Source of the DNA: Lama guanicoe
Lineage: Eukaryota
Assembly (NCBI GenBank): GCA_013239625.1
Contig: MU053758.1
Span: 2,915,854-2,979,853 of the forward strand
DNA length: 64,000 bases
Direction: 5' to 3'
Part shown: positions 12,001 to 24,924 of the stretch, piece after piece
How the letters are laid out: every line of letters starts with the position of its first letter
Position numbering within the stretch: position 1 is the stretch's first letter
Notes under the pieces: generated by a model
The model's input: only the letters and a program-made list of their open reading frames with translations
The model's database searches: none
Told to the model about the DNA's origin: nothing
Made by a program: the position numbers and the translations under genes

Positions 12001-15000
12001 ACTCCATGGCGCGTGGGGCCCCAGGGAGTAGGTAGCGTAGCTTGCGTTCTGGCTTTGCTGCCTACTGTGCACGCTATAACCTCTCTGAGCACGTTTCCTC
12101 GTCTGTAAAACAGGGATGTGACCAGAGCCTCCCTCAGAGGGCTGAGATTAGGCAAGATCAGCAACGTCATGCTCTCAGCTCCTCACCTTGCATGTGACTG
12201 TCGCTGTCTCATTGCTGTGGCGCCCGGGGCTGTTACATCAGTGGAAAGGGACCCAGGGTGGAAGTTGGAGAGAACGGGATGCTAACATCTGTGGAACACC
12301 TACTGTGTGCCTGGGACCTTATCTCTGTTTTACAAATCTTAATCCCCACAATCCTGGGAGAGGGACATTATCTCCATTTACACATGAGGAATGGTGCTGG
12401 TGATTAAGTGGCTGAGCTAAGTGACCTTAAAGCTAGGCTGCTTTCTACCCTCCAGAGAGGCAGCTGCCTGAGGGTACTATGAGGAGCCTTGGGGTGATCA
12501 GTGCCACTTTGAAACCCCCCTTTCCCAAGGCTAAAGCCCAGCTTCTGCCTGAGGACCTCCCCCCCTTCACCCAGTAGGGGGCGTAGGGAAGCACCCCCCC
12601 CCGCCACGCCTCCTCTTCTGTTTTTGATCCTGAAGGCTGGAGGGAAAGCGCGATAAGAGGCCTGGGCCAGATCTGCATCCTGTCCTGGAAGCTGCGGATA
12701 CAATCTGTTCACACCCATCCCCGCCCCCGAATCAGCCCACTGCAGCCCCGGGAGTTTGCAGAGCTCAGCGGGCACCCTTCCCCCCATCTCCAGACAGACA
12801 CTGTAGGAACAGAGTGTAAAAGCCACAGTTCTTATTCTTATTTTGTTTCCATTTGTGGAGTCGTGGCAGGGAAGTTGGAAGCGATCAGTAGAGGAGCTGG
12901 GCATGGGAGACCCCAAAAGACAAGGTCCAGACTTTTCCTTTCCATCCGCACATTTGCTGTGTGTGCCGAGAAAAGACCGGAGAGTGGTCCTAGGGTCTGG
13001 GGGAGACAGAGGAGGTGTGCCCTTCTCCCCTTCCTCTCCTCTGCCACTCCTTCTCCTTTTTAGTTGGTGTCCTCCCCCCCACTTCTGCCCACACTCTCCC
13101 TGGACAATAGGACAGCTAGGGGGAGGGGGTACTGCTAGCATTGCCTTTCCTGGGGTCCAAAATGCAGAGTCAGCCAAAAGACTGTTGGATGGGGTTTTGA
13201 ATGAAAATGGGGCCTCCTCACATTTTATCTGGAAGCATTGGTAGTACACAAGCTCCCTCAGGGCAGGACCCCAGCGTGGGCTGGGGGAGGGGACTCAGGG
13301 AAGGAAGCTTGTCCTCTTAGTCAGACTAGGACCCGAGAAACTGTGTCTGCCCCATGCCAAGGGCACTGTGCCCATGGGGACGTGCCAGTGCAGGTCCTGA
13401 CGACCCTTTGAGGGGTCGTGTCTGCCGAAAGAGGAAGTGTTTCCCTTCTCCAAATCCCTTTGGGGCGGTGCCCACAACGCCTTCCTGCTCCTTTCCCTCC
13501 ATGAAGTTGGGGTACAGCCAGTAGAGTTGGGTCTCCCAGGGTAGGCTGGAGGCCAGCAGCCCCGGCTGGATCAGAAATAGAGGCCCTCCCCTCCTCATTT
13601 TGACTTCTGGGTTCCCGGGAATCTCAGCCAGCCCAGGGACCAAGGCCTCCTTGGCAGAAATCTTAAAGGACAGTTCTTTCTGTGCGGCCTTGGGTAGGTC
13701 ACTCAGCCTCTCTCAAGTCTGTTTCCTCCTTTTTAAAGCAAGACTCCTAATCCATGCTTGCTGGCAAGGCAGGTTGCTATGAGGCCACGGTGACCTGCTT
13801 GCTAGTGAGGGCCTGAGTGGTACCTAAGTACCCTGCAGCCCCATTGTCTTGGGGGATGGCCACCCTGTACTAGGACCCAATGTCCATCTGGTTCTGGGCC
13901 TCACGATTTTCTGTTTGTTATCCCCTCCAGATGGGGTTGGGGACAGGAGGGAGTCCTGCATGGCACAAGTCCGGGCCAGTCCAGTTCAGCCCAAACTGCT
14001 GAGGGCCTGCTTAGCACACAGCCCTGGAATTGTCGTCAGGGATGCGGCAGAGGAGGACAGACAGGCTCCAGGCCTGCCACTAGGTTTTCTCTCCTCCACC
14101 CCCGCTGCTCCCCAGCAGCCAGCCAGAGCCTTCCTATTTCCCTCTTCTCCTACTGCCCCAGAACACTGTGTTCTGCTTGACCTGCCCCATGACCTTGCTG
14201 TTGCCCAGAACAGGCGTCTCACCCTGACTTCTCCCCTTCTCCAGCTCCGGAAATCCTACCCATCCTTCAAGGAACATCTTGAATACTGCCTCTTCCCAGA
14301 AACCTTCACAGATGTTCCCCCTTCCCCGCTCACTCTCCCTCCCTCTTTGGATGCCTGCAAGTCCTTATTTTTCCTCTGCCAACACTCATCTCTCTACCAT
14401 GAAGTGACTTCTCTCCACCTAGTATCTGCCGTGAGCTGTAATCATTTGGAAGATCTTTGCCTGATCAGCAGGTCTTTGATGGCAGAGACAGTCTCAGATC
14501 CCTGAGTACCTCAAAGCTGTGAACACAAGGCCTAGCACATAACTGGTGCCCAGGAGCTACTTCATTTGGGAGGAAAGATACCAAGGGCCTTGGAAGGAGT
14601 CTACCCTCTCCCCCAGCTGTCTCATCTACAGGCAAGGCTTTCATACGTGCCCCAGACCCCAGCATTGTTCCATCTGCAGCCCAGACCTCCCTTAGGTGAG
14701 ACCTCACTTTGGAGTCCCACACCCTCCTGTCCACCAGCCCAGGAAAATTTTCTGCTTTGCAGCCTTGGGAACTTTGCTGTAGCACAAACCACACACCAGA
14801 GTCCTCTCTGCTACCACCATTCCCATTCTGCCCCACCACGTCCCCATTGATTACCTTCCTCTGTCCATCACCACTGCCACTTTCCTAGGCTGCGCTACCA
14901 TTGCATGCTGCCTGGACCCTTGCAGTAGCTTCTAACTGGTCTCTCTTGCCCTCCTACGATCCATTCCTCACACAGCTTCACAGAGTTAAATTTTTTATTT

Positions 15001-15574
15001 ATAGCACTAAATCAGATCTTGCCTCTCCTCTACTTGGAATCTTTCTGGGGTTTTTCTTTGCATTTAAGATAAAATCCAAAAGTCTAATTGAGCCCAAGTC
15101 CACCTGGTCTGGCCTTAGCCCACCTCTCTAGCCTGGTCTTGGGTTTCTTTTCCTCTTGAATTTTATGTTCTATCTACCCTAGCCCTCTATTAATTTGTTG
15201 AATGAACCCACGAAATTCTGTAACCCCAGGACCTTTGCACAGGCTCTTTTACTGGGACTCCACTCCTTCCTACTCTTTGCCTGACTAACTTCTAAACTTC
15301 TACTCTTTCTTTAAGTCTTTGCCTTGAGGTCCTCCCTGACCTTCCAACATAAATTAGGTACCTACAGTGATAATCCTTCAAAGTACACTTGGTGTGTTTA
15401 CTTATGTCATAATACTAATCATCTTAGTTTGCAATTATATATATATACACACAATAATAAACATATGTATTTGTGATTATTTGCTAAATGGCTGTTGCAC
15501 CATAAGGTCTGCAACAGCAGGCTTACCAGGGTATCTACTTAGGAGGGTGGTCATAAAATTGTTTTCCTTAAATT

Positions 15575-15775
15575 AGCCTGGCATGGTGGGAATATGGGCT
15601 TTGGTGGCAGAAAGTTCAAATTCTCACTGTCCCCTTTATTAGCAATGTGATCTTGGAAACCCACCTAGCCTTGCTGAGACCCTGGTTTCTTTATTTGTAA
15701 AATGGGGTAATATCCTTCTCTTTGAGTTGCTCTGAGAATTAAATGACAACATATGTTAGGAACCTGGCTTCTAGA
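15575..15775 (+). mobile_element. MIR
   Basis: gtgatcttgg...ggtttctttatttgtaaaatggggtaata...tgagaattaaatga. Confidence 0.7.
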
Positions 15776-16457
15776 AGAGTATCCTTGGGAAGCATGTAAA
15801 TTCCTATCTGTTTTTAGAATGAGGGAGCTCCTCTGCACGGTCAGAGGCAGTAATAGGATACCCTCTTCTCCTGGGGCATCCCCTCCTTCTCAGACCTACC
15901 CAGCCTAGGTCTTTCTTCCAGTGGAACAGGCATCCCGAGGGCTTCCGGGAGGAAGTGGTCAGCTGGAAGGCACCAGCCCCTCCTTTTCTCTCTCCAGGGC
16001 TGGACGGTGCCGTGGGGGGCCAATGCTGGTTCCGCCGCCGGGAGACACCCTGGGCGGGGTTTGCTCAACGGAAGCACGCAGAGCGTGGGGGGCGGGGAGC
16101 CCCCGCTGCACTCGTTGGTGGCAAAGCACCCGGTCTGCTGCGTCGGGTTCCGGCGGGCGGGCGGCCGGCTGGAGTCACACATGATGTCACAGACAATGAC
16201 ACAAGCCGGGTGTCTCATTCTGACACGGCACCCGAGCTGCACAATGTCACACCCGAGACACCCGGCACGCCGCGTTTGTGTTGCTAACACTCGGCCACAA
16301 GCAACCCCGCCCTTCGCCTCCTGCCGCCACTCTCCGCGTCTCCGGGGGAGCGGGCCGGGCAGGGGGCCGGTGGGCGAGCCCCGCGGGCGGGCTGGCGAAC
16401 GGGTAGTGTCGCGGGCAGCGGTGGGTGGGTCACCCGGAGGTGAGACGCCGCCGGGCG

Positions 16458-16474
16458 AGTTCAGAGAGAGTTCA
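16458..16474 (+). promoter_or_regulatory. DR5 retinoic acid response element of the RARA2 promoter
   Basis: AGTTCA-gagag-AGTTCA, a perfect DR5 about 1 kb upstream of the RARA2 ATG. Corresponds to the known autoregulatory RARE of RARalpha2. Confidence 0.92.
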
Positions 16475-17504
16475 GCCGCATTGCATTAGGCAAATGAGGC
16501 CTGGGCTTGGTGGGGGGTGTGTTGGGGGAGGACACCGGGACCAACCCCCTTCTCCCGCCCACCACCTCCCCCGCCGTGGCATCGTCGGGCCGGGGACTGA
16601 CCAAACCACCGGGGGAGGCTGGGAGCCGGAACTGGGATGGGGGAGACGCCCGCGCCTCTTCCGTCCTGGCGCAGCCCCCTCCCCTCTCAGTACCCCGCCT
16701 CCGTCAGTACTCCTCGCACTCCTCCACTTGAGCCTTTTGCCCCTTCCTTCCCCTCTTCTCTCCTCCCCTTTCCCGGGCTCCCCCTCCTCGCCTTCCACAG
16801 CCCGCCTCTCCCTCTCAGTTCCCGGCTTGGCGCCCTCTGCCGCGGGACCCGCGGGGAAAGGGTTAAAGCAGGGGCGGTGCCTGGACGGGACGGGGCGGAG
16901 GGAAGGGGAGCGGGGGGAGGGGGGGGGGGCGGCGGGGGGCGGGGCGCGCGGGCCGTGTTGGGGGTGCCGCGGCGCGCACCGCCGGAGACCAAGCGCCGGG
17001 CGGCCGCCCCGGGCCTGCCGGAGGCGGAGGCGGGGCCGCGCGATCCCCACCCCACTCGGAATCCTCGCCCGGGAGAAGCCCGGGAGCACCGGCGGGGAGG
17101 AGGAAGTGCTCCGTGACCCCCGCCCGCGCCGAGCCCGCCCCCGGCCGGCGCACTTGGGGAGCAGCGGGACTCTGCCTCGGACACCATGAGACTCGCCACG
17201 GGAGCCCCCTCGAGGTGAAGCCGCCTAGTTCCCGGGCCTCGGCCGGGCGTTCCCGGGGCAGCTGAGGGACCCCCCCGCATTCAGTACGCACAACTTCCCC
17301 GCTTTTCACCTGGGACTGGCTGGGCGGCCCGCCGACTTGGACGCGGGACTTCGGGCAGAGGGCGGCCCCCGGCCCGGGTCGCCGCCAGTCGGGGCGGGGG
17401 TTCTTACCCCTCGCCCCCTGCCGCTCTCGGATGGAGCCGCCGGCTGAGTGAGGGAGGCAGCGCGCAGGACTTCCCCGCCCGGACCTCTTGTCTTCGCGGG
17501 GAAG

Positions 17505-17673
17505 ATGTACGAGAGTGTGGAAGTGGGGGGGCTCACCCCCACCCCCAATCCCTTCCTGGTGGTGGATTTTTATAACCAGAACCGGGCCTGTTTGCTCCCG
17601 GAGAAGGGGCTCCCTGCCCCCGGCCCCTACTCCACCCCACTCCGGACTCCGCTTTGGAATGGCTCAAACCACT
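17505..17673 (+). CDS. RARA: RARA isoform 2 alternative first coding exon (A2 region)
   Basis: MYESVEVGGLTPTPNPFLVVDFYNQNRACLLPEKGLPAPGPYSTPLRTPLWNGSNH(S); donor T|gtaggt; 169 nt, phase 1, compatible with exon 3. Confidence 0.95.
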
Positions 17674-19839
17674 GTAGGTACCGACCTTCCCTTCCTATTG
17701 TGGGAGCTAGGGGTAGGGGTGGGCTGTGGGGCTTCCGCTTCTCCCAGGGGATGCGGGCCTGGGGGCGTGGTGGCAGGGGTCCTGTCTCTACCCTTCATTT
17801 TCCCTTGTCTCTCTTGCTGAAAGTCGGGTGCCCTTGTTGGACAATTGGACTCCCCCAAGGAACCCTGGGTGCTATTCGGGCTGAGGAACTTTGGGGGTTC
17901 CTCCTTTCAGGAACATTTGTTCATCTCTTCTTATACTTCTTGCAGGGGAAGTGAAGCCCGTTGCCCCCAGTTTATATCTTCTTGCTTGGAAGCAATAGCT
18001 TCGCAGCTGAGTGGTCCTTTCTCCCACCTTGGAGGGTGGGGTAAGTGTCCTATCAGTGGGCTTGTCTACACGGAGGAGGAGGGGCCTCCTCCCCGGATCC
18101 CAGCCCTAGCAAAGCCTGGGGGAGAGCCCTGTCCTGGGCATCAGCTGTTGCCCCTAGCCCTTGCGTCACTAGAGTGGGTGTCAGGGGAGCGCTGGATGTC
18201 TTTGGTGTTGGCAGTGGGGTGTGGCAGGAAGGGGCAACTTCATCAGACGCCCGTCGTTGGCCACCCTAACCAACCCTTACCTCTTGGGGAAGGGCACCTG
18301 CCCTTTTGAGGGTTGTCCTGGCCCTAGGCACTTGGCTGACACCTTTGAAGCTTCTGTCCCAGGAATGGAGGGGAGAAGCTACTCTGGTGGGAAGAACCCC
18401 CCTCCCTTGTAATCCTGGTACAATCTGTTTTCTGGGAAATGAGTTTTTTTTTGGTGGGTCTCAGGCTACTCTGGAAAGGAGGGATGCATCCTATGCGTCC
18501 CCTCCCACCCTAGCCGTGTCCTTTTGTTACTCTGTTTTCACTTGGGAAGAGGGGCTGGCGCTGGGCTGTGCCTCCTAAGAGGGGCGCTGATGAGAACCCT
18601 GGGGTCCTGGCAGCCTGCACACCTTCTCTCCTCACAGTCCCCTGACTGGATTCAGGCTCCCCTGGAAGGGAGGGGCTCTGCACTGGCGGGAGCTGTGAGC
18701 ACCTGGGGTGCACACCTGGGTGTGTTTATATCGGGCTATGAGGTAGTGTACCTGGGTGGGGGAGAGCGGTGCTCAGGGGATTAGTGTTACTTGGCTCCGG
18801 TTTCGTCCTCTATCTACCCTGCTTGGGGCTCAGCTCTTCCCTGGGGTTTCTCCCACCTTCCCGGACTGACTGCTCCCTGCTGCCTGCCAGGGGGGAAAGG
18901 AAGAGTGGGTCTCTGGGGACCTGGTGGCTTGCAGAGGGTTGAAGGGCAGCCCCCAACCTCTTTGCTCCAGGAAGAGAGACCTGGTTTGGAGAGACACCCC
19001 CCTCTGCCCCTCTCAGAGCCACCTCACCCCTAGCCTTTCTGTTGTCCTGACCTTTGCCTCTGGGGCAGGTTGGCTGGAAGGCAGCTGGCTGCAGACGGTG
19101 GGAGGGAGGGAGGTGTGAGCAACGGTTGACTTTGGGGAAAAAAGGGACCGTTGAAAGGTGTGACACCAGGACCCTTATTCCCATCCTCCCGGAACTGGAG
19201 GAAGGTGACCCCTCCTAAGTGAGGTAATTGGGGCATGGCTGCCAGGGTCACTCCCTCCACAGCCTTGGCCTCCTTTGCCAGAGGACTGGGGGAAGCTGGG
19301 ATCTCTGAGAGCTTGGGCTCTGGCACTTGGGGGCAGCTCTGCTCTTCCTGGCCCAAACTATAGGAGGAGCATTGAGTCCAGCAGGCCATGGGGAAGTGGA
19401 GGCCTGTTCCCCACAGGGTGGGGTGGAACTAGAGGCCTGGGCTCCCCTGTTCCCATGGTGAGAGTGCAGGTGTGTGGCAGTGAGCACAGCCCCCAAGGTT
19501 GGGATGGTGGCTGTGGGGGTGGTTGTGGGGCACAGGAAGGACCTAGAGGCAGGGGGTAGCAACTTGTCCAGGTCTAGAGTACACGGGGTCTCTCCCCAGC
19601 CCCTTGGTGTGCCTGTAGGTCCTCTGGAGACGGGAACCCTCCAGCCCCCTCACACCGAGTTCTCTGCTCCCTCCTGCCACCTCCACCAATGGTGAGAAGA
19701 GAGAGCAGGTTGGCCGTGGGAGGAGACCTTCCAGATCCTGCAGGGCCCCGGGGATATTGCCTCCCTTCCCAGAGCCCCTGTTGCGGGGCACCAGAGGACA
19801 AGGGGTACACAGGATGTGGCTCTCCATCTGTCCCCCACC

Positions 19840-20340
19840 AATCTCGCAGCTCACGCCTCCGCCCGCTTCCAGACGTCCAAGAATGTGAAGCACGTGGATG
19901 CCCGTAGTTGGGGGAGGGGGAGAGATGCTTATCGGTGGCCGCTGGGTAGGGGCCTTCTTCCGCCGCGGCCACGCTACACCCAGAGCTCCCCCCCACCTCC
20001 TCCGGGGTAGAGGAAGGGCGGGACGCAGGGCCCTGCGCCCCCTCCCCAGCCCTCCCCGGGGGCTGCGAGGGGAGTTGCGGAGGAGCGGGCGCCAGCTGGA
20101 TTGGGAGGGGAGCCGCTGGCCGGGGGCCCGGCTGATTTCCTGCTGATCTCCTCCAGGAAACTGGCCCCTTGTGCGAGCCTGCGAGCGGCTCTGGGGCGTG
20201 GGGACTCCGGAGCGCTCTGCGCCTCCTGCCCGCCCGGAGCGGAGCGGGAGCGGAGGAGGGGCACCCTGGCAGCGCGGGCGGGAGGGGATGCCTGGCTCCC
20301 TGGGCCGCTGCCAGCCCTCTGCTGGGCGCTGGAACTTTGA
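19840..20340. promoter_or_regulatory. Second intronic CpG island (candidate alternative promoter)
   Basis: Local CpG enrichment, GC boxes and a downstream consensus donor at 20424. Confidence 0.65.
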
Positions 20341-22825
20341 GCTGAGAAAGTGTGATGCTTCTCCCGCCTCGTCCTTCTGCTGGAAGAGGAGAGATTTGTG
20401 GGCTGGGGCCTTTGGGGAGGGAGGTGAGCGGGGAGGGGCCTGGCCGGGGCTGTCTAGGTCGGGTGTGCAGAGTTAAAGCTGCATCCTAACTCTTGCAGAA
20501 GCTATGAGGGTCCCATAGTGTCCTGCTCCCCTAGGCTGCTGGCTGGGGGCCCGGGAGGTGGGGCCTGGGCCAGGGCTCTGGGTTCAAAGGGCACAGTGGG
20601 AAACCTCAGAGCTGTTACCTGGGCGACAGGTGGGGATGTGCCAGGGATTGGGCAGAGGGTGCAGACTGTGTTACAGTCTCAAAGGCAGCCTGCTGCTGTG
20701 GGGTGGGCCTCACCCAGTCCAAACTGGACCCCCACGTGGGGTCATCTCTGCCAAAAAGCACGTTTGAAAAGTATGTTCTTCCAGTTCCATAAACAGCCTC
20801 TGGACTTTGCCTTAGCTCCAAATTTCTACAGGCCTTTGCCCCTCCAGTCAGTCCCTGGCATTAGAACTATCTGTCCTTTATCCAGGTATCCCCCACCTCC
20901 CCGTGTGTCTCCCCACACCCCCTCCCCTCTCTCAACCCCACTCTGTACCCCAAAGCTCCCTCTGTCCTATCTCACCTTCCCTTCTGGTTCATTTTAGAGG
21001 TAGGGCCTTAAGGGGCTGTGGTCCCAGAGCAAAGACTGGTGAGGGGAGTCAGTGCCTTCATCCTCTGCTTGTTGGAACTCTGACTGGGATTCTAGGCCGA
21101 GGTTCCCCCCCACACCCCCTTGTCCTTGATACACCCTCCCCACCAGTCTGGATTGTCTATTGTTACTCCTTTTACGTCTTGGAAAAAGTTAGCACAACAA
21201 AGGGCTCCTTTGTCACTCACCCCTCTGCCTCCTGGCCTCCCCCAGGCCCCCCAACCCCGCCCCACCCCCAGCAGCTGTTCTCTGGCCTCTGCCTGTCTGA
21301 TTTGCTTGTCTGGCCTCCGGGAGAGTGAGGTGGGGGAAAACCAGGCCAGGACAGTTCGATTTGGGGTGAGAAGCAGAGGGTGGGGGAGGTTAGCAAAGAG
21401 TCTGGATTGGTGGGGGCATGAGTCCCTCTGCTGCAGGCTGGCTCTGGGCAGGGACAGGGACATGGGGCCACAGCAGTGCCGGTCAGCCAGGCTGACAAGG
21501 GACATGGTGCCCAGGCCCAACTAAGAGCCAGGAAAGCCCTGCCAAGGTTGTTGGCTTGGTTCCCTGTTGTCAACTGCCTGGCAGTCCCTGGTTGTGCCTG
21601 CAGGTAAAGGGGGAGGGTGGTAGCATGCAGCTCACCAGCCCCCACCCCCCCACCCCCATCCAGGTGCTTCTTTCCTCTGTGCCTGGACTTTGGGGCCACA
21701 TGACTCATGAGGTGCTATGAGGTGCTTGGGCAGAAATTCTAAGCCCTTTTGAATTCCAGAACCTCAGGTGCTGGAGTTTGGGGTAAGACTAAGTAGGATT
21801 CTGGGGTGTGGGAGGAGGCAGGAAACTACCTACTCAGGAAGGGAAGCGTCCTTGCCCCTCCTTGGCCCTGGACAAGTAGACTTGGCAAAGGCCTCTGGAG
21901 GATGCCGGGTGGCCCCTTGGGAATCTGGGGTTGGCTGGGTCACAGTTCTCATCCAGCACAGTACACACCCGGCTGCCCAGGCTTTGGGCACAGTCAGCCC
22001 CTACGCAGCCCAGCCCTGTTCTGCCTGGGGTGATGGGCACGGTGCCAGGCACTGGGGAGGATTTGGCTAGTGGGGGCTGCCCCTGCTGGCTGGGTCACCC
22101 TCCTGGCTGCCCTCTTAGAGCTGAATAGCAGGAGAGGAGGGGGATAGTAACCGGGACATAGTATCGAGGCCAGACAGACAGAGCATTGATGGGAACAGAC
22201 CCCCTTTGTCATGCTGTTTCCCGCAGAGCTATGGGCTTCCGGGGCCCAGAGGGACTCTTCTCTCTGTCTCCAGGGGGTCCCCCTGCTTATCTCAGGGAGC
22301 CCCCACCTGCTGTGCCCCAACATTTGCGACTCTGCACATCCTACTTTGGGTCCCTAGCCAGGGGATTGTTTGGGTGGAGGAGGGGCTGTGGCTAATGGAC
22401 AGCTTGTGTCCTCTTCCCTCCCTCCTCATCAGCCTTAACTCCTTCCTAACTTGGGGGAGATGGGACCAGGCTGCCCAGGGTCCAGGGCTGTAGAACCAGG
22501 CTGACGCCTACTTGACCCACCAAGGGTAGTCACGTCCACATACAAATCTGATGGTTTATTATTTGATCTTTCTGGTTTTGAAGGTGGGGTCCTGGGCAAG
22601 GAGACGGGACTGATGGGGGTGCTGGAGGCTTCTTTGACAGCCTCATTCTCCCAGTCTGGCTGGGAAGTCCCAGCTTTCCTGAGACTGTGTCCCTGCCCCG
22701 GAATTTGAATCCTGACAGCAGTGGTGAGGTTGGGAGAGGCTCTTGCGAGAGATCAGGAGGCAGGGTGGGCACCCAGTTAAGAATGGTGACCTGGCTCTCT
22801 AACCATCCTTCTCTTCTCTCTCTAG

Positions 22826-22974
22826 CCATTGAGACCCAGAGCAGCAGTTCCGAAGAGATAGTGCCCAGCCCTCCCTCACCACCCCCGCTTCCCCGCATCT
22901 ACAAGCCTTGCTTTGTCTGTCAAGACAAATCCTCAGGCTACCACTATGGGGTCAGCGCCTGTGAAGGCTGCAAG
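22826..22974 (+). CDS. RARA: RARA exon 3 (B region and first zinc finger)
   Basis: tctag|[57 protein letters not shown]; donor AAG|gtgagt; 149 nt. Confidence 0.98.
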
Positions 22975-24222
22975 GTGAGTTGAACAGGGTCATTGGGAAG
23001 GACAGTCTTGAGTAGATAAATGGGATGTTCCCACTGCCACTGCCGTGTCCTGGGACTGTGCCTTGGGTGGTGAGGGCAGGATGTCTCTAAAGCTGCTCCT
23101 CTTGCTTCTATGCAGAAAGTGGCAGGAGCCTTGGAGGAGAGGGAGCCTTAGCCGAACCTCCTTCCTCATAGATGAGCAGGGGTCCCCAAACCAGAGGTCC
23201 CCCTCCGGCCTGAGCTCTCCTCCCCGTCTCCATCCTCCAGCTGGCAGGGTGTGCACCGGCTCTGCTGCCGCTGCCCGGGTTGCCATGGTGAGCTGGCTGC
23301 TGCCTGGCTCTTGGCTGGGGACGCAGGAGGCCTGCCCCCGGTGGCCCTGCCTGAACCTCACCATGGCAGTCTGGCAGGAGGCATTTAGGAGCAGGCGCCT
23401 TGCCTCAGCCTCTCCTTCAGGTGCCCAGACTGCGGGCTCCCCCGTGTCTGGCTGCATTTCCACGCACCCAGGTTAGGCTCCATGTGCAGACGTGTTGCTG
23501 CCTTCCCAGTAGCTGCGGGCATGGCCACTCCTCCTCGCCCCTCGTACCTATTTCTTCCCCTAGAGATCGGGCCTCTGGAGCTGCACAGCCTTGGGACTTG
23601 GGGCCCCAGGCTGCCCCTCAGTGTGTAGCGGCTATCTCCAGGTGTGGGCCAAAGGTCAAGGGCAAAGTGCAAGGCCTTGGACTGTATGTGTCTGGCTGTC
23701 CTGTGTGCTTGTTCCCGATCTGTCTCTCTGGTTAGCCTGTGTGTGCAGCCCGGAGCAGCCCGGTCTACCTGTGATCAGTCAGTTTGCACACATGTGTCAG
23801 GCAGCCTTGCTCCTGAACCTGTGTCTCCACCTCTCTGGCCAGCCCGTGTGTGTGTCTCTCTCTGTGGCCTCTTTTTGCTTGCCTTCTCTTCCTAGGCTCT
23901 TGAGTCCAGGGCTGTGGATCTCAGAGCTCTGCCTGTCTCCCATGTGGCCCCATCTCCCTTTTCCTGATTCACCAGCAGCCCAGAGGTCTTCTATTCTGGG
24001 AGGGAGGAAGCTGAGTCTGTGGGTGTGGGTCGGGGGGAAGACTTCTGCCCACCCCCAGTGTTGAGGCATGTACTGGGAGTCTTCTGGGGGTATCCTTGTA
24101 GGTGGACCAGTCTCCGCACCTTATCTGGCCTGCTTTGGTAAGTGATGGCCAAAGGTTTGGGGGCAGCAGCCAGCTGCCTGCCCCCATCCCTACTGCACTG
24201 CTCCCACTGTGAGTGTGGCTGA

Positions 24223-24924
<702 letters not shown>

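Larger units (their letters stand above)
15990..17700. promoter_or_regulatory. CpG island / RARA2 promoter and 5' leader
   Basis: Very high GC and CpG density with multiple GC boxes. Contains the RARE and the RARA2 exon. Confidence 0.9.

Noticed and set aside
16425..17189. 254-aa ORF and overlapping ORFs in the CpG island
   Set aside because: Expected in stop-poor GC-rich DNA; the start lies at or upstream of the RARE/TSS region.
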